Of a DNA stretch of 64,000 bases, positions 1 through 10,939 are shown piece after piece (positions within the stretch are counted from its first letter, which is position 1; the number at the start of each line of letters is the position of its first letter). A program made the position numbers and the translations under genes. The notes under the pieces are model-generated. The model was not told where the DNA came from. It ran no database searches and saw only the letters and a list, made by a program, of their open reading frames with translations. This stretch comes from Lama glama (Eukaryota). The stretch lies in NCBI GenBank assembly GCA_028534125.1, contig CM052817.1:88724001-88788000 (forward strand), in the 5' to 3' direction.

Positions 1-1189
1 GAAAAATAGAACTTTATCTTAAGTGGTATCATTGTCAAGAATGCTTAAGATTTTGCTGAATACAAAACAGTAAAGTCCTGCCATTCTGGAGCATATATCT
101 CCTTTCTCAGATTCAACAATTCTGCTCAATGAGCTCTTTAGCTAAGTATAATGGCAGTATTCTAGTTTATGAGGGAATTAAAATTTATGCTAATCAAAGG
201 AAATATGGACATATATATGTTGACTCATTGCATGCACTCTCTTCAGGAAGTATGCATGAAGTCGCTGAGGGCACATAATTTCTGCACAGATTTTGCATTG
301 TGAAATGTCAGTCAGCTGGTTCCATTACAGTTCAAAATTATTTGTAAACATTTTAGGCATTTAGTACTTTGCAAGCCATCTTCAGTGAATGAACATACCG
401 TATGACTTATTCTGTCTTACAGTCTACAAATACTGACAGCGAAACTCTACATGAGTGTAAACTGTTTATAAATTTATAAGCTTGTATGATATGGTACTAG
501 AACCAATCATTTTTGACAATTTAAATAATTCTGAATAAAAATTGACAGCAGCAGTCTATTTTGAAAATAAGAATATACCCCCCGCTTTTTATTTTGGCCA
601 GGGAAAATTGAGGGTTATCTTTGGAAACTGAATTTATTATAGTTTAATATAGTTGATCAAAAAGTTAGGGACATTTTATTTCATATAATATGTTAACTTC
701 GGAGAGATGTTAAAAGTATAGGAAGTACATGGGAGTGTGTGGGGTCAATAAGTAAAATTAGAGCTTTGAACTGAATATTCAGAAATCTTAGGTAGCATCC
801 TGTGCAATGTACTTAAAAATTAGATAGAAGCAAGAATAAAAATTTATCTTGAACAATGTGTCTGCTCTTTTACTTTTTAAAAGTGTTTTTTAAAAAAAAT
901 CCATTTGTAGAGTAATACACATTTTTCCCATTTTAGATATAAATTATTCTAATATGTTAAATAAGGATGTAAGTTTTTTAAACTCTCACCCTCACTTGAA
1001 GAAAACACCTGTACTTCTCTAAACCTCTCAAAAGACTTTAATCATAATGTTTGGTTAAATTACCCTTCAGTGTTTATACAGCCACAACTCTGCAGATACT
1101 CAGATTTGTACATGCACACACACAAGTTTTCCCCTAAGAAACACACTTGACCCTATTCTACTCTGAATTACTTTTTCTCTGAATCGTTT

Positions 1190-2300
1190 AAGTTCTTTTT
1201 TCTTGATCCTTTCAATAAACACATCCTTCAGTAGCTTTCAATGAACAGAAGCACAAAGCATTCTCTGTGGCTGAAAATATCTTCCCCTGATATTTGCAAG
1301 TAGCTTTCAATTATTATCGTGATTTTTCAAAAGTATTAATGTCACAATTAGTTTTCAAGAATTAGTTACTTCACTTTTCTATATGGCACGGTTTTTATTC
1401 ATGGTTATACTATTCGCCCTTAACTCTGAGGATATTAATTATAGTTTTTTGAAGTTTATCTCTGAATTCAGAATTTACTTTTTAAACTCTGTAAATTCAT
1501 GTTCAAATCCGCCTATTTTTTCATTCATTTTTTAAATTCTATTTTCAGTTGAGGGCTTTAAAAACTGTCTGGAATTATGAGAAGGATGCAATGACCTGAG
1601 GGCTGTTCCCTAATTTTTGAAATAAAGTAGTGACTGTTTCACTGGCACTCGCTGGGGTAGTGTGTCCACCTAACTGGACAATTCTTGGACAATTCTTACT
1701 GGCTGCTGGTTTCTGAGACCCCTGTTGTGGGCTTTAAAGGGAGTAAGAGTATGTAGATTTTCACTTACTAAAGAATATAGGAATACATTCTACGAGTGTT
1801 TAAAATGTTACTTAGATTTAGTTGCCACCATTTTCTTGGTATTCTTATGGCTAAAATGTTGTTTTGTTTTACTTTTTATGGATCAGTATCTCAAGAAAAG
1901 AAATCTCTTACCTTAAACCAGAATTGCAAAGGGGTTTTAGTCTTGACACAAAACAACAAAGAAGGGCATGTCTAAGTGTTCCTTGAATGATATTTCAATT
2001 CTGTTTTTAACTCCATAAATCACTTTTAAAGCTACTATGTACCTTCAATTTCTGAGACTTCTTGCCATTTTTTGACTCCAATTTAGGCCTTGTTGACTTC
2101 TCTTTTATAGTAGATGAAGTCGCTTTCTTCATTCTGCAAAATTACCATTTGTTCTTTCATTTCCAATGTTTGTTGATGTTGCTTATCTCCTATCATTTTC
2201 TCTTCCATTTTCTTTACACTTGTGGGTTTTATGCATTTTTATTCTTGCCCTATTTTTAGATGATTAATCAGGTAAGTGGTAATAACCAATTCTATTCTAC
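1190..2300 (-). mobile_element. Very old L1ME/HAL1-like 5' region relic
   Basis: 2040-2260 resembles the reverse complement of the HAL1/L1ME 5' end (ttcaatttctgag...ttgtgggttttatgcattttttattc). Highly degraded, limits approximate. Confidence 0.4.
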
Positions 2301-3123
2301 ATGCTAAATGTCTTTTCCATATTTCATTGAATTCTATAGAGGAAGTAAAGATAAGCAAATGTATTCCACATTCCACATACCACATGACTTTTAAATATTC
2401 CTTTGGATTCGCTTTTGCAATGAGGCCTTTCCTTCTATTTATGCATGTGTACATTTGTGTGCTATGTGTGTTTCTCTTTGGAAACCTGCAAGTTTCATTT
2501 TCAAATAATCTAGTGCTCAATTTTTTGCCTTTAAATTGATATTTTAAATCTCAAGTTTTATTCACAAATTTCAGACAGTATCTATTGATGCCCTGTAATG
2601 ACAAAAGGAGGCAATCAGCTTGTCAACATTCCTTTCACCTCTCTTTCTCCAGACTTGCATTCCGTTAGTTTTATTCTTTTAACTAAAAATTCAATCAATC
2701 TTTCTTTTTACTTCTCTTGCTCTTTCTACATTGGCTGATTATCATCTGTTTTTTTTTTTTAACTGTGGATTATTTGCATCTTTAAGACTGCTTTTCTTTG
2801 TGACACAAGCAAGGTGGTCTCAAATGACCTCAAATGATTTAAATCAGAAACTTTGTACAATTGCTCAGTCCCTATACTTGCCATTCACACACGTTTATAA
2901 TTGACCTGACCTAGGTTACTTTTTCCCATTTATTTGACAGGAATAATGTTAGAGGCTGTTGTGAATGGTAAGTTCATACACATCACAAAGAGAGGGGGTC
3001 ACCTTGATTCCCCAAAACAATGTGGTATAGTCTCAATAATATTCTATGTATTCACTGTTTTAATAATGAACTTTTTTTGTTACATTTTCAAGATCGATAA
3101 CATCAGTAATCTACTAGGTAAAC

Positions 3124-3667
3124 TGTAGTGTGCCCGAGGGCCTCAAAATCAGCTGGAGGTTTGATAAGTCACTGGAAGGAGTCTAAGGACTCAGCATATA
3201 GTCTTTCTCTCAGTGAAGACTCATTCCAGTCAAATGATACAAAGCCAAATGATGTGATGATCAAGAAATGATACAACACAAAGGTAGATGGGACAAAGTC
3301 TAGAGGAAATTAGCGCCAGCTCCTCCCAGTTGAGTCACAAAGGAAGAGCTTAATTCTGCCAACAGGAAATGGTGACAACACATCTTAAATGTCCAGGGGT
3401 TTTCTTGTGGTCTGATCACATAGGCACTCTCTGCCTAGCAAGAACTAGAACTCAAGACTCTCGGAAGGAAAGCAGGTGTTCACCATTAAACCACATTGCT
3501 TCCACAAACAGGTTAGTCACAGTTCAAGTATACTCCTAACTGTTTTGGAAACAAGTAGAATACTCCTGAAATGCAAGTTTCCACATGCCAACCAGGCACC
3601 AAACTGGCAAGAAAACCATTCTACAATTAGCGGTCTTATGCCTGCTATGGTAACTTCTGTCTACACA
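3124..3667 (-). mobile_element. MER21-like LTR
   Basis: Motifs ggactcagcatatagtc, gaaggaaagcaggtgttcaccattaaaccacattg and gcctgctatggtaacttctgtctacaca match my recollection of the MER21 reverse complement. Confidence 0.75.
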
Positions 3668-3829
3668 CATAGTTTTTAGTTATCAACCTTAGTTCTCTAT
3701 ACAAACAAATTCAGTACTATTGGTCATTTCAAATACCTTAGTCTCTCCAATCTTGAGCTCTGTTTTAATTCCATTTATTATTGGATGAATTTTACCAAGA
3801 TGTTTCATCAGAAAAAATTGATGAGCCTG

Positions 3830-3965
3830 TACAGAGCAGTACTTTACAGCACTGGCCCTGGGGTTTCAACTTCACAAGAAAAATCCATACATTTTGTGTA
3901 ACACTGGTTTACCATATCTAAACTCAGTTTCCTCACTTTTAGAATGAGATTAGTAATAGGCTCAA
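3830..3965 (+). mobile_element. MIR SINE fragment
   Basis: MIR core-like ctcagtttcctcacttttagaatgagattagtaata. Confidence 0.5.
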
Positions 3966-4400
3966 CAGGTTTTTCTTTCATTTCTTTTTTGACTGCATCT
4001 TTGCTAACAAAACACAATTATTTCTTTGAGAATACCAAGAATCTTTGTCTAAACATTTTCCTGCATTTTAAGCCCCTCTTTTGTGTGTGTGGTGTGTTTT
4101 AACCAACACTGTTTGCTGTCTGCTTTTATAACATTGCTTCTCTTTTTCTAGTGTCTGTGCACCTGGCCCATCCTGTTTCTTCTCTAGCATTCATCCTTGT
4201 CTGAAGCCACGTCTCCCTAGGCCTCTGGTTTTCTCATCATAAAGTGTAAGGAGCAGGCTCCCCAGGCATCTTTAACGTAGATATTTTCCAAATTTCCCTA
4301 CCACAGCTGCTGAGACCTCTTCCAAGGATATGAATCTATGCTCTTCTCAGTGTTTCTCCTGTCAATAATGATCACAACCTGCAGCCCACCTCCCCACAAC

Positions 4401-4915
4401 TGACCAAGATAGCTTTAAAGTTCTCCTCAGCTTGACTAAACATTAGACAAGTTTCTTCCTGACTAGAGAGAGGCTCTGACCTCCGTTTTCTTTGAGCATT
4501 TACTTTAGAAAACTTGCTATTGTAAATTCTTTCTCCGCTCCTTTGAGTTGTTTTTCACCCAGCCTCTTGCTAGTTTTACAACCCAGGGATGTCCTTCTCA
4601 AGGACCTGGGAGCCATCCCTTTGAAATGTGATGATCAAGAAAGGTAGTGCCTCTACCATTCTCTGTGGGAGGGTAGTAGCCTAACTTCAATCAGTGCCAG
4701 TCAGCAAAAACATATGGCTTAATCCCTTTGACCAACACCCCCCCTAATATCCTCCAGCCCTTATTCACTAGCTCATCCCAGCACTTAAAAACTTTTTATT
4801 TCCGCACAGTTCAGTTCAGTGTCCCTCCACCATCAGGGATGTAATGCACAGCAACTGTCTTGAATGAAGTCTTCCCTGACCATTTAACACCGGCAGCTGC
4901 AATTTCTCTTTGACA
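4401..4915 (+). mobile_element. MER67/MER31-like ERV1 solo LTR
   Basis: TG...CA ends with recalled diagnostic blocks agcatttactttagaaaacttg, ctcaaggacctgggagccatccctttgaaatgt and ctgtgggagggtagtagcctaactt. Confidence 0.75.
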
Positions 4916-4939
4916 ATTCTGGATAGGAATTTCCTATCC

Positions 4940-5155
4940 AGTTTTACTCTGCTATAATTTCCTCAATTTCACATCATTAATTACCTCTTTATATATTATA
5001 TAATTTACTTATTTATAATGTTTATTGTTCATTGTCTAGTTTCTGCTAAAATGCAAGCTTTCAAAGTATAAAAATCTTTATCTGCTATTATCTTCCCCCT
5101 CTAATATATCCCAAATGCTAAAAAAAGTACCTGAAACAAAGTAAGCATTGTACTA
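4940..5155 (+). mobile_element. L2 3' fragment
   Basis: tttattgttcattgtc...aaatgcaagctttc...gtacctgaaacaaagtaagca resembles the L2 3' end. Confidence 0.5.
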
Positions 5156-5178
5156 TTAAATCCAAATTACTGTATTTA

Positions 5179-5314
5179 TTTATTTATTTTTGGAGGGATG
5201 TAATTAAGTTTGTGTGCTTGTTTATTTATTTTTGATAGAAGTACTTGGAATTGAACCTAGGACCTCCTGCATGCTAGGCACACACTCTACCACTGAGCTA
5301 TACCCTCCCCACCA
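5179..5314 (-). mobile_element. tRNA-derived SINE, Vic-1-like (camelid)
   Basis: The minus strand reads GGGGAGGGTATAGCTCAGTGGTAGAG...GGTTCAATTCC (Pol III A and B boxes) with an A-rich tail. A 22-bp TSD, taaa(t/c)ccaaattactgtattta, lies at 5157-5178 and 5315-5336. Confidence 0.9.
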
Positions 5315-6436
5315 TAAACCCAAATTACTGTATTTAAATTATTCTTCTTGGTTTCAAATTTGGAATCTGAGATGCTTTCTAGTTTCGTTGAAATTAATGT
5401 TATCTTTTACTTTTCCATGATATTCCTGTTTTCAATTGGTTTCAGAGAGTGGATAAGAAATGTCTTTAATACTACATTCTCAAGCCAAAGACTGTTATTG
5501 TATTTTAAAACTAATTAACTTTTTAATTAAAATATATTTAAGGAAGATCTATCTAATTTGCTTATTATTCATTCATTATTTACTTAATGTAATAGCACTT
5601 GCTCTAAATGAACATACATTTTTTCATTGTTCCTTTAAGGTTGGCATAAAATGTGTATAGCAGGTCTTCTTTATTCCTCTTCTTTGACTGAATCCAAGCA
5701 ACTAAACATTCAAAATAATCAACAGAATATGTCACATTTATTTAGGTGATGATTGTTTATCCCTACCTTATAACCCTCACCAACAAATCAACGCCTAGGT
5801 TTACAGTGCCCAAGAAATCCCAACAGCAGAGGACAACTAAGACCACATACTCCAGACAAGACGTCACCCCAGGAATGCATTCAGCTAAAGCCCCAGCAGT
5901 GGCTATGCTTTACTTCTGCATGAAAAGCCTTTATTCCTCTTAGTGATGTAGACACAGAATATTCCAGCCTTTGCAGTATTCAAGTCTGTTTATCAGTCAC
6001 AGAAATATTTTTTTCATCATCAAACGTGATTTGGAGCTCCTAAACTGATATAATAAGGGAGATTCTTGTATGACTTAGTTCTGGGATACACATCTTTCTA
6101 GAGGGAAAGCATGAAGTACCATGAGAGATTTGAAATCTTCTCTCCAAAGCACACATATAAGAATGACACATACCTGCTTATGGAGCTAGGTTGCCACCCA
6201 TCACTTCTAGAAAAAATTAAAATTTTAATTTATTTAAATTAAACGTTGCTATTTACCTACATATCTATCTATCTATCTATCCCTTTACAAACAAAGTATT
6301 GTTCTCATTCTTCTTTCTGTAAAAATTTTACCTCACATAACAATTTTTAGGCCAAAGAATCCTTGAAGAAAAGATGGCACACTTAGGCTTGGGAGAGCAT
6401 GTTAGCCCCCTTTCTTTACTGGTCTAAAACTAAGTA

Positions 6437-6720
6437 CAAGTCCACAGCTCTTTACCCTACATCCCTGGGGCAAAATTGGTTTTGGAATTCAGAACTTTTC
6501 AGATTTTAGAAAGGTAATACAGTACATGCAACATGCTGTATGTTGAATATTATTCAAGCAGAGACTGGGGCAGCGACCTTTAATCAAATACATAAATATT
6601 TCAGCAGTAAAACACATGACTATTCACAATGAATGAATTTGTACTAAACTCAAGGAGAAAAATGTTCATTTTTTTATAGTTTTCAGATTTGGGAATTAGG
6701 AATAAAAGATTATAGATATT
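6437..6720. mobile_element. MER46C-like Tigger (TcMar) non-autonomous DNA transposon
   Basis: caagtccaca...ggaattcagaacttttcagattttagaaaggtaatacag...tcagatttgggaattaggaataaaagatt matches recalled MER46C. Confidence 0.7.
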
Positions 6721-7379
6721 TGTCTGTGAAAACATGGTCATGGCTTTTATTAAGAAACACAGATGTATCTTTCTCTTTTTTCCCCCAAATAAAGCCACAA
6801 ATTTAAAAATAAGTAGTTTCCCTTTTTCATTCTGGGGGAAAGAAGTTTGAAGGATTCATCTTTTGTTTGTGGTTAAAATGAGCTATATCATTCTTTTCAC
6901 TGATTTTCTAAAAGATCATTAGTCTGTCCCAAAAGAACCAAAGAAGGATATAAAAACTCAATTTGCTTTGATTTTGTTTAGCCAATTAAAAGGCTAACAA
7001 TTAAACTTACAAAAAAAAAAAGGAGATAACTAAAAAAGGAGGAAAAGGAGAATTCATAAACCTAAATTAATAAATCCATAAATCAAATGATTCTAATGGG
7101 TTCTAGAGCTCCTAGATTTTAATAGTACCAGTGTTCTAGCTTAGTTTTAGATGTCACAGACATAACTCATGGTTCATTATTTTCTCTTCCAGAAATAACA
7201 CAAACCATCACTAACAAAAATATTCAACAACCCAAGACCAATATAACAAAAGCACGTTTTGCAATCTCTACCTTTCAGCTATTTATGCAAAATACCTGCA
7301 TATATTACAAAAATTATATATTTTACTAGGCACACAGCACTGCAAAACTCAGGCATTGAATTTTTTTCCCAAAAACTTG

Positions 7380-7972
7380 TTTTTCTTTTTAAATTGTATT
7401 ATTATGGTAAAATAGATACCATATGAAACTTGCCATTTTAACCATGCTTAAGAGTTACAATTCAGTGGCATTAATTACATTCACAATATTGTGCAACCAC
7501 CTTCATTGTTTCCAAAGTTTTCTGTGACCTCTAACAGAAACTCTGTAACCATTAAGGAATAATTCCCCATTCTCCCTTCCCCCTAACTCCTGATAACCTC
7601 AAATCTGTCTCTATGTATTTGACAATTCTAAATATTTCATATAAGTGGAGTCATACAATATTTGTCCTTTTGTATCTAGCTTATTTCACTTAACACAATG
7701 TTTTCAGGGTTTATCCACATTGTAGCATGCAGTAGAACTTCATTTTTTACGGCTGAAGAGTGTTCCATTCATTGCATGTATATACCACACTTTGTTACAC
7801 CTTCATCTGATGGACACTTGGGTTGTTTCCTGTGAATAATGCTGCTGTGAACACAGGTGTACAAGTATCTGTTTCCCTGTCTTCAGTCTTTCTGGGTACA
7901 CGTCGAGGAGCTGAACTATTAGGTCATAGGGTAATTCTGTGTTTAGCTTTTGGAGGAACTGCCAAACTATTA
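7380..7972 (-). mobile_element. Old L1 (L1MB-like) 3' fragment
   Basis: Typical L1 3' sequence in reverse (ttcagtggcattaattacattcacaatattgtgcaaccac; gatggacacttgggttgtttcc; ggaactgccaaact) with a T-rich tail near 7380. Confidence 0.85.
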
Positions 7973-8068
7973 GAAACTGAGTTGTTGTTGTTTTTTAATT
8001 ATTTTAAAAGAACTTTTTTTCCTTGGGCACAATTTTAAACAACATGCATAGTATAAAAAATGTTATAC

Positions 8069-8790
8069 CGTCAGCTTCACAGGAGTTGTCTGAGGAATCA
8101 TCATGCTTGATCGCCTGAAGACAGCCACCTGCTTTTCCTCCCTCACAGATTCCTCCGCAGCTCCACGTCCTTCTTCTTGCTCACGTTCTCGAATGACCTC
8201 ATTGACTTCTTCAGAATTGTAGCGGCAGATATAATCCTGTCAGGAACTTCATCCAATTGACGAGGCTTGACACTTGGCACAGTCCCTTCTTCCACACGGC
8301 TGGTATCACTCCAGAAAGGACAGGGCGTTTTCAAGGGTTTACCTTGTACTATCTAAAGTAATCAGTTTTCAGACGTTTCTGAAGTCTGGGGGAAAGCCTG
8401 TGGTTATTAAATCTATCAATGATTTCAATCTCACAGGTACAATCATCCAAGTAACCACTCACCTGGCAGAAGCGCCTCTGCGCCGCTGGCTCGGACACGC
8501 AGGCGCTGCTGGAGCCTCGGTAGCCGGAGCCTGGGTAGCCGGAGCCCAGCAGCTCCACCGCGCCCAGGAAGCCCCAGCAACAGCCCTCAGCTGCTGGTCG
8601 CTAGTCCCGCTGCGCCTCAGAGGCCCCAGCGCTGGGGCGCCTGCCTTCTGTCAGCAGAGGAAGCCGGTGGGGCTGGCCTGACAGGCCCCACATCGGAGGC
8701 CAAATCTGGGCTCTCCCGCTGGGCCATGGCCGCCGCCTGCCTACGCAGCCGGCAGGCGGGACAGGGCGCGTGCGCAGGAGGCCCGCTTCC
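8069..8790 (-). pseudogene. ERO1A: Processed, 3'-truncated ERO1A (ERO1-like protein alpha) pseudogene: GC-rich 5'UTR-like leader plus roughly codons 1-169
   Basis: Across frames the minus strand translates to [129 protein letters not shown]. This is colinear with ERO1-alpha as I recall it ([82 protein letters not shown]...KHDDSSDNFCEAD). There are no introns, a premature TAG at 8349-8351, several frameshifts, and no ATG at the expected start. Confidence 0.95.
8461..8790. promoter_or_regulatory. CpG-island-like segment at the 5' end of the ERO1A retrocopy, with NRF1-like and ETS-like motifs
   Basis: About 28 CpG in 330 bp by manual count, in an otherwise CpG-depleted window. The minus strand has TGCGCACGCGC (8766-8776, NRF1-like) and GGAAGCGG (8783-8790, ETS-like). 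Function is not shown. Confidence 0.55.
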
Positions 8791-8882
8791 TTTCTGGGCA
8801 CAGCTGTTTCTTATTCTCCGTAATTGCTCAAGACCCAATTCAAATGAAATTTCCTTTACTGTAGCCACATCCAGCTTCTTAA

Positions 8883-9229
8883 TGTTACCGGGAAACAGAA
8901 AAAAAGAATCACCTCGGTTCTTTGTCACCCGAAAAAAGATTTTTGATGAGACAGAAAAAAGCATCATAACCAAAATTTTTATTAGTGAAATAAAAAAAAA
9001 AATAGTGAAAGATAAATACAGTCCCAAGAATTGGGAGCAGGCCAATCCGAGAGAGGAAAAATGGTGCCACTTTCTCCCTCCTGTTTTTATATCCTGGTTT
9101 GAAGATTGATTAACTGATTAATTCCCTGAGCTCTGGTTAATGACAGCTCAGGTTCCCTGTGTTCTGGATTGTCCCTTTCCCCTTTCTCTCCCCCTGCCTA
9201 GTGCTCATTTCTATCTAAACTACCTAACA
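8883..9229 (-). mobile_element. ERV1-class solo LTR with a 4-bp TSD
   Basis: TGTTA...TAACA inverted termini. TTAA is duplicated at 8879-8882 and 9230-9233. The minus strand has TATAAAAA at 9084-9091 and AATAAA at 8978-8983. Confidence 0.85.
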
Positions 9230-9246
9230 TTAATGTCTCCCAAATA

Positions 9247-9770
9247 TGATGAAACCCAGCAGGACTGGGTGGGGCCCTCTTGGGTACAAAAGCCTTTCCA
9301 AATTCCCCATTTCTTATTTTCAGGAGAAAGGCTTCAGCCTCCTAGACCACCCCTGGGTACAAAAGGGCAGATTCAAACAGTTGCTAATCAGGAAGTAAGG
9401 GAATGCAGAAACAAAGGAGGAGCAATCAAGAAAGATAGTGCAGCGATTAAAGCAGGATCCTGGTTCCTGCTCAAGGGAACATTATCTTTGAGTACTTCCT
9501 CAGGAGCTAAGGCCCCCGCCCAGGTAGCAGCTACTGCCCTGTTACCTCACACCCCAGAAGAAAGTCACACACCCCGCATCCCTCATCCCAAATTTTGCCC
9601 CTATAAAAACGTCTTCCTGAGAACCAGGGGGTGGGGACGTTCAGGTTTTTTGAGCCTGAGCCACCCGTTCTCCGTGCTTGATCCCGGAACAAAAGTTTCT
9701 CTGCTCCAAACTCTGATGTTTTTATTTGTTTGGCCTGAGTTTCAGGCACACAAACTCGTGATCGGTAACA
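9247..9770 (+). mobile_element. ERV solo LTR (probably ERV1 class)
   Basis: TG start and ...GGTAACA end, TATAAAAA at 9602-9609, and a degenerate poly(A) signal (AACAAA, 9688-9693) followed by U5-like sequence. No TSD found and the 5' end is uncertain. Confidence 0.75.
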
Positions 9771-10524
9771 CTTTTATGCTGTGTAGCTTCTGTATCTGTC
9801 TGAAAACCAAGTGTCTCAGCCTGCTACTCCTTAAAGATACAATTCAAATAGCTACCTATCAGTAAAGACTTTTCTAATTCACTAAAGCTATTAGTTTGCC
9901 CCATTTTCTAAATTTCTCTGAAAATATCTCTTTCACCACCTGATACATTTCAATATAATTAGATGTGCATGCATATATTTTTTTCAAGTCAAATATTTGA
10001 GGGTAGGTAATATGACTATTATTTATAACTCTCTGAGAACAGAAAGATATATTTTCAAGATAAAGAATAGTGCCTTGCCCACAGAAAAATGTTTTAAAAA
10101 GTAATATTTTTGGATGAAGAATGAACAAAGTGAACTATAGCCCTTTATTATTTGGTTTATGGTAGGTGATAGAGTAAACAGTTACGAATTACTTAATGAG
10201 ATTCATTTCTGTAAATGTAGTACATAAAGTTGTACTTGGACCTAAGCTATTGTAGTTGCACATACAGTTACCCAACATCAGAAAAAAGTCAAGAACAGTA
10301 TCAATTTATCAGAATCCCATTTTATTTTTTGAGCATTTTTTGGCTCTAAAATAATTGGGTATGCTATTTTTTTTATCTTTTACACCTGCTTTTGAATTGC
10401 TAAATAACTTAAATTTGCAAATGCAAAAAAAACCTCTTGAATAATTAATATCAATCCCCTTCTTCATGGGAAAACATTACATGGACATTCACTACGAGAT
10501 TCTACCAGTATTTTTTTTGGAATG

Positions 10525-10881
10525 TGCTATAGACTGACTATTTATGTTCCCCCAAAATTCATATGTTGAAACCTAATCCCTAATGTGATCATATTTGGAG
10601 GTGGGGCCTTCAGGAGGTCATTAGTTCATGTGAGCAGAGCCCTCCTGAATGAGATTACAGCCCTTATCTAGGTGGCCCCAAAGAGCACCCTGTCCTTTCT
10701 ACTAGGTGAGGACAAAGTGAGAAGATGACAGTTTATGAACCAGGATGTAGGACTTCATTAAACATTGGCTCTACCAGAACCTTGATCTTGGACTTCCCAG
10801 CCTACAGAAATGTGGTAAATACATTTCTGTTGTTTATAGGCTATCCAGTCTCTGGTTATAGCAGCCTAGATGGTTAAGACA
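10525..10881 (+). mobile_element. MLT1A-type MaLR solo LTR
   Basis: tgctat...cccccaaaattcatatgttgaaacctaatccc...cttgatcttggacttcccagcc...taagaca, with 5-bp TSD gaatg/gaatc. Confidence 0.9.
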
Positions 10882-10939
10882 GAATCTAAAAACATTTATT
10901 AAAAAAAAAATACCACATTATAGTTAAGAGAAAGAACCC

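Noticed and set aside
8024..8802. Possible TSD of the ERO1A retrocopy (tgggcaca at 8024-8031 and 8795-8802)
   Set aside because: Only 8 exact bases match and there is no adjoining poly(A). It cannot be told from chance without an empty-site alignment, so the retrocopy ends remain uncertain.
9140..9865. 241-aa plus-strand ORF, the longest in the window
   Set aside because: It runs through two LTRs including a TATA box and U5-like region, has no gag/pol/env motifs and is best explained as a chance open frame.
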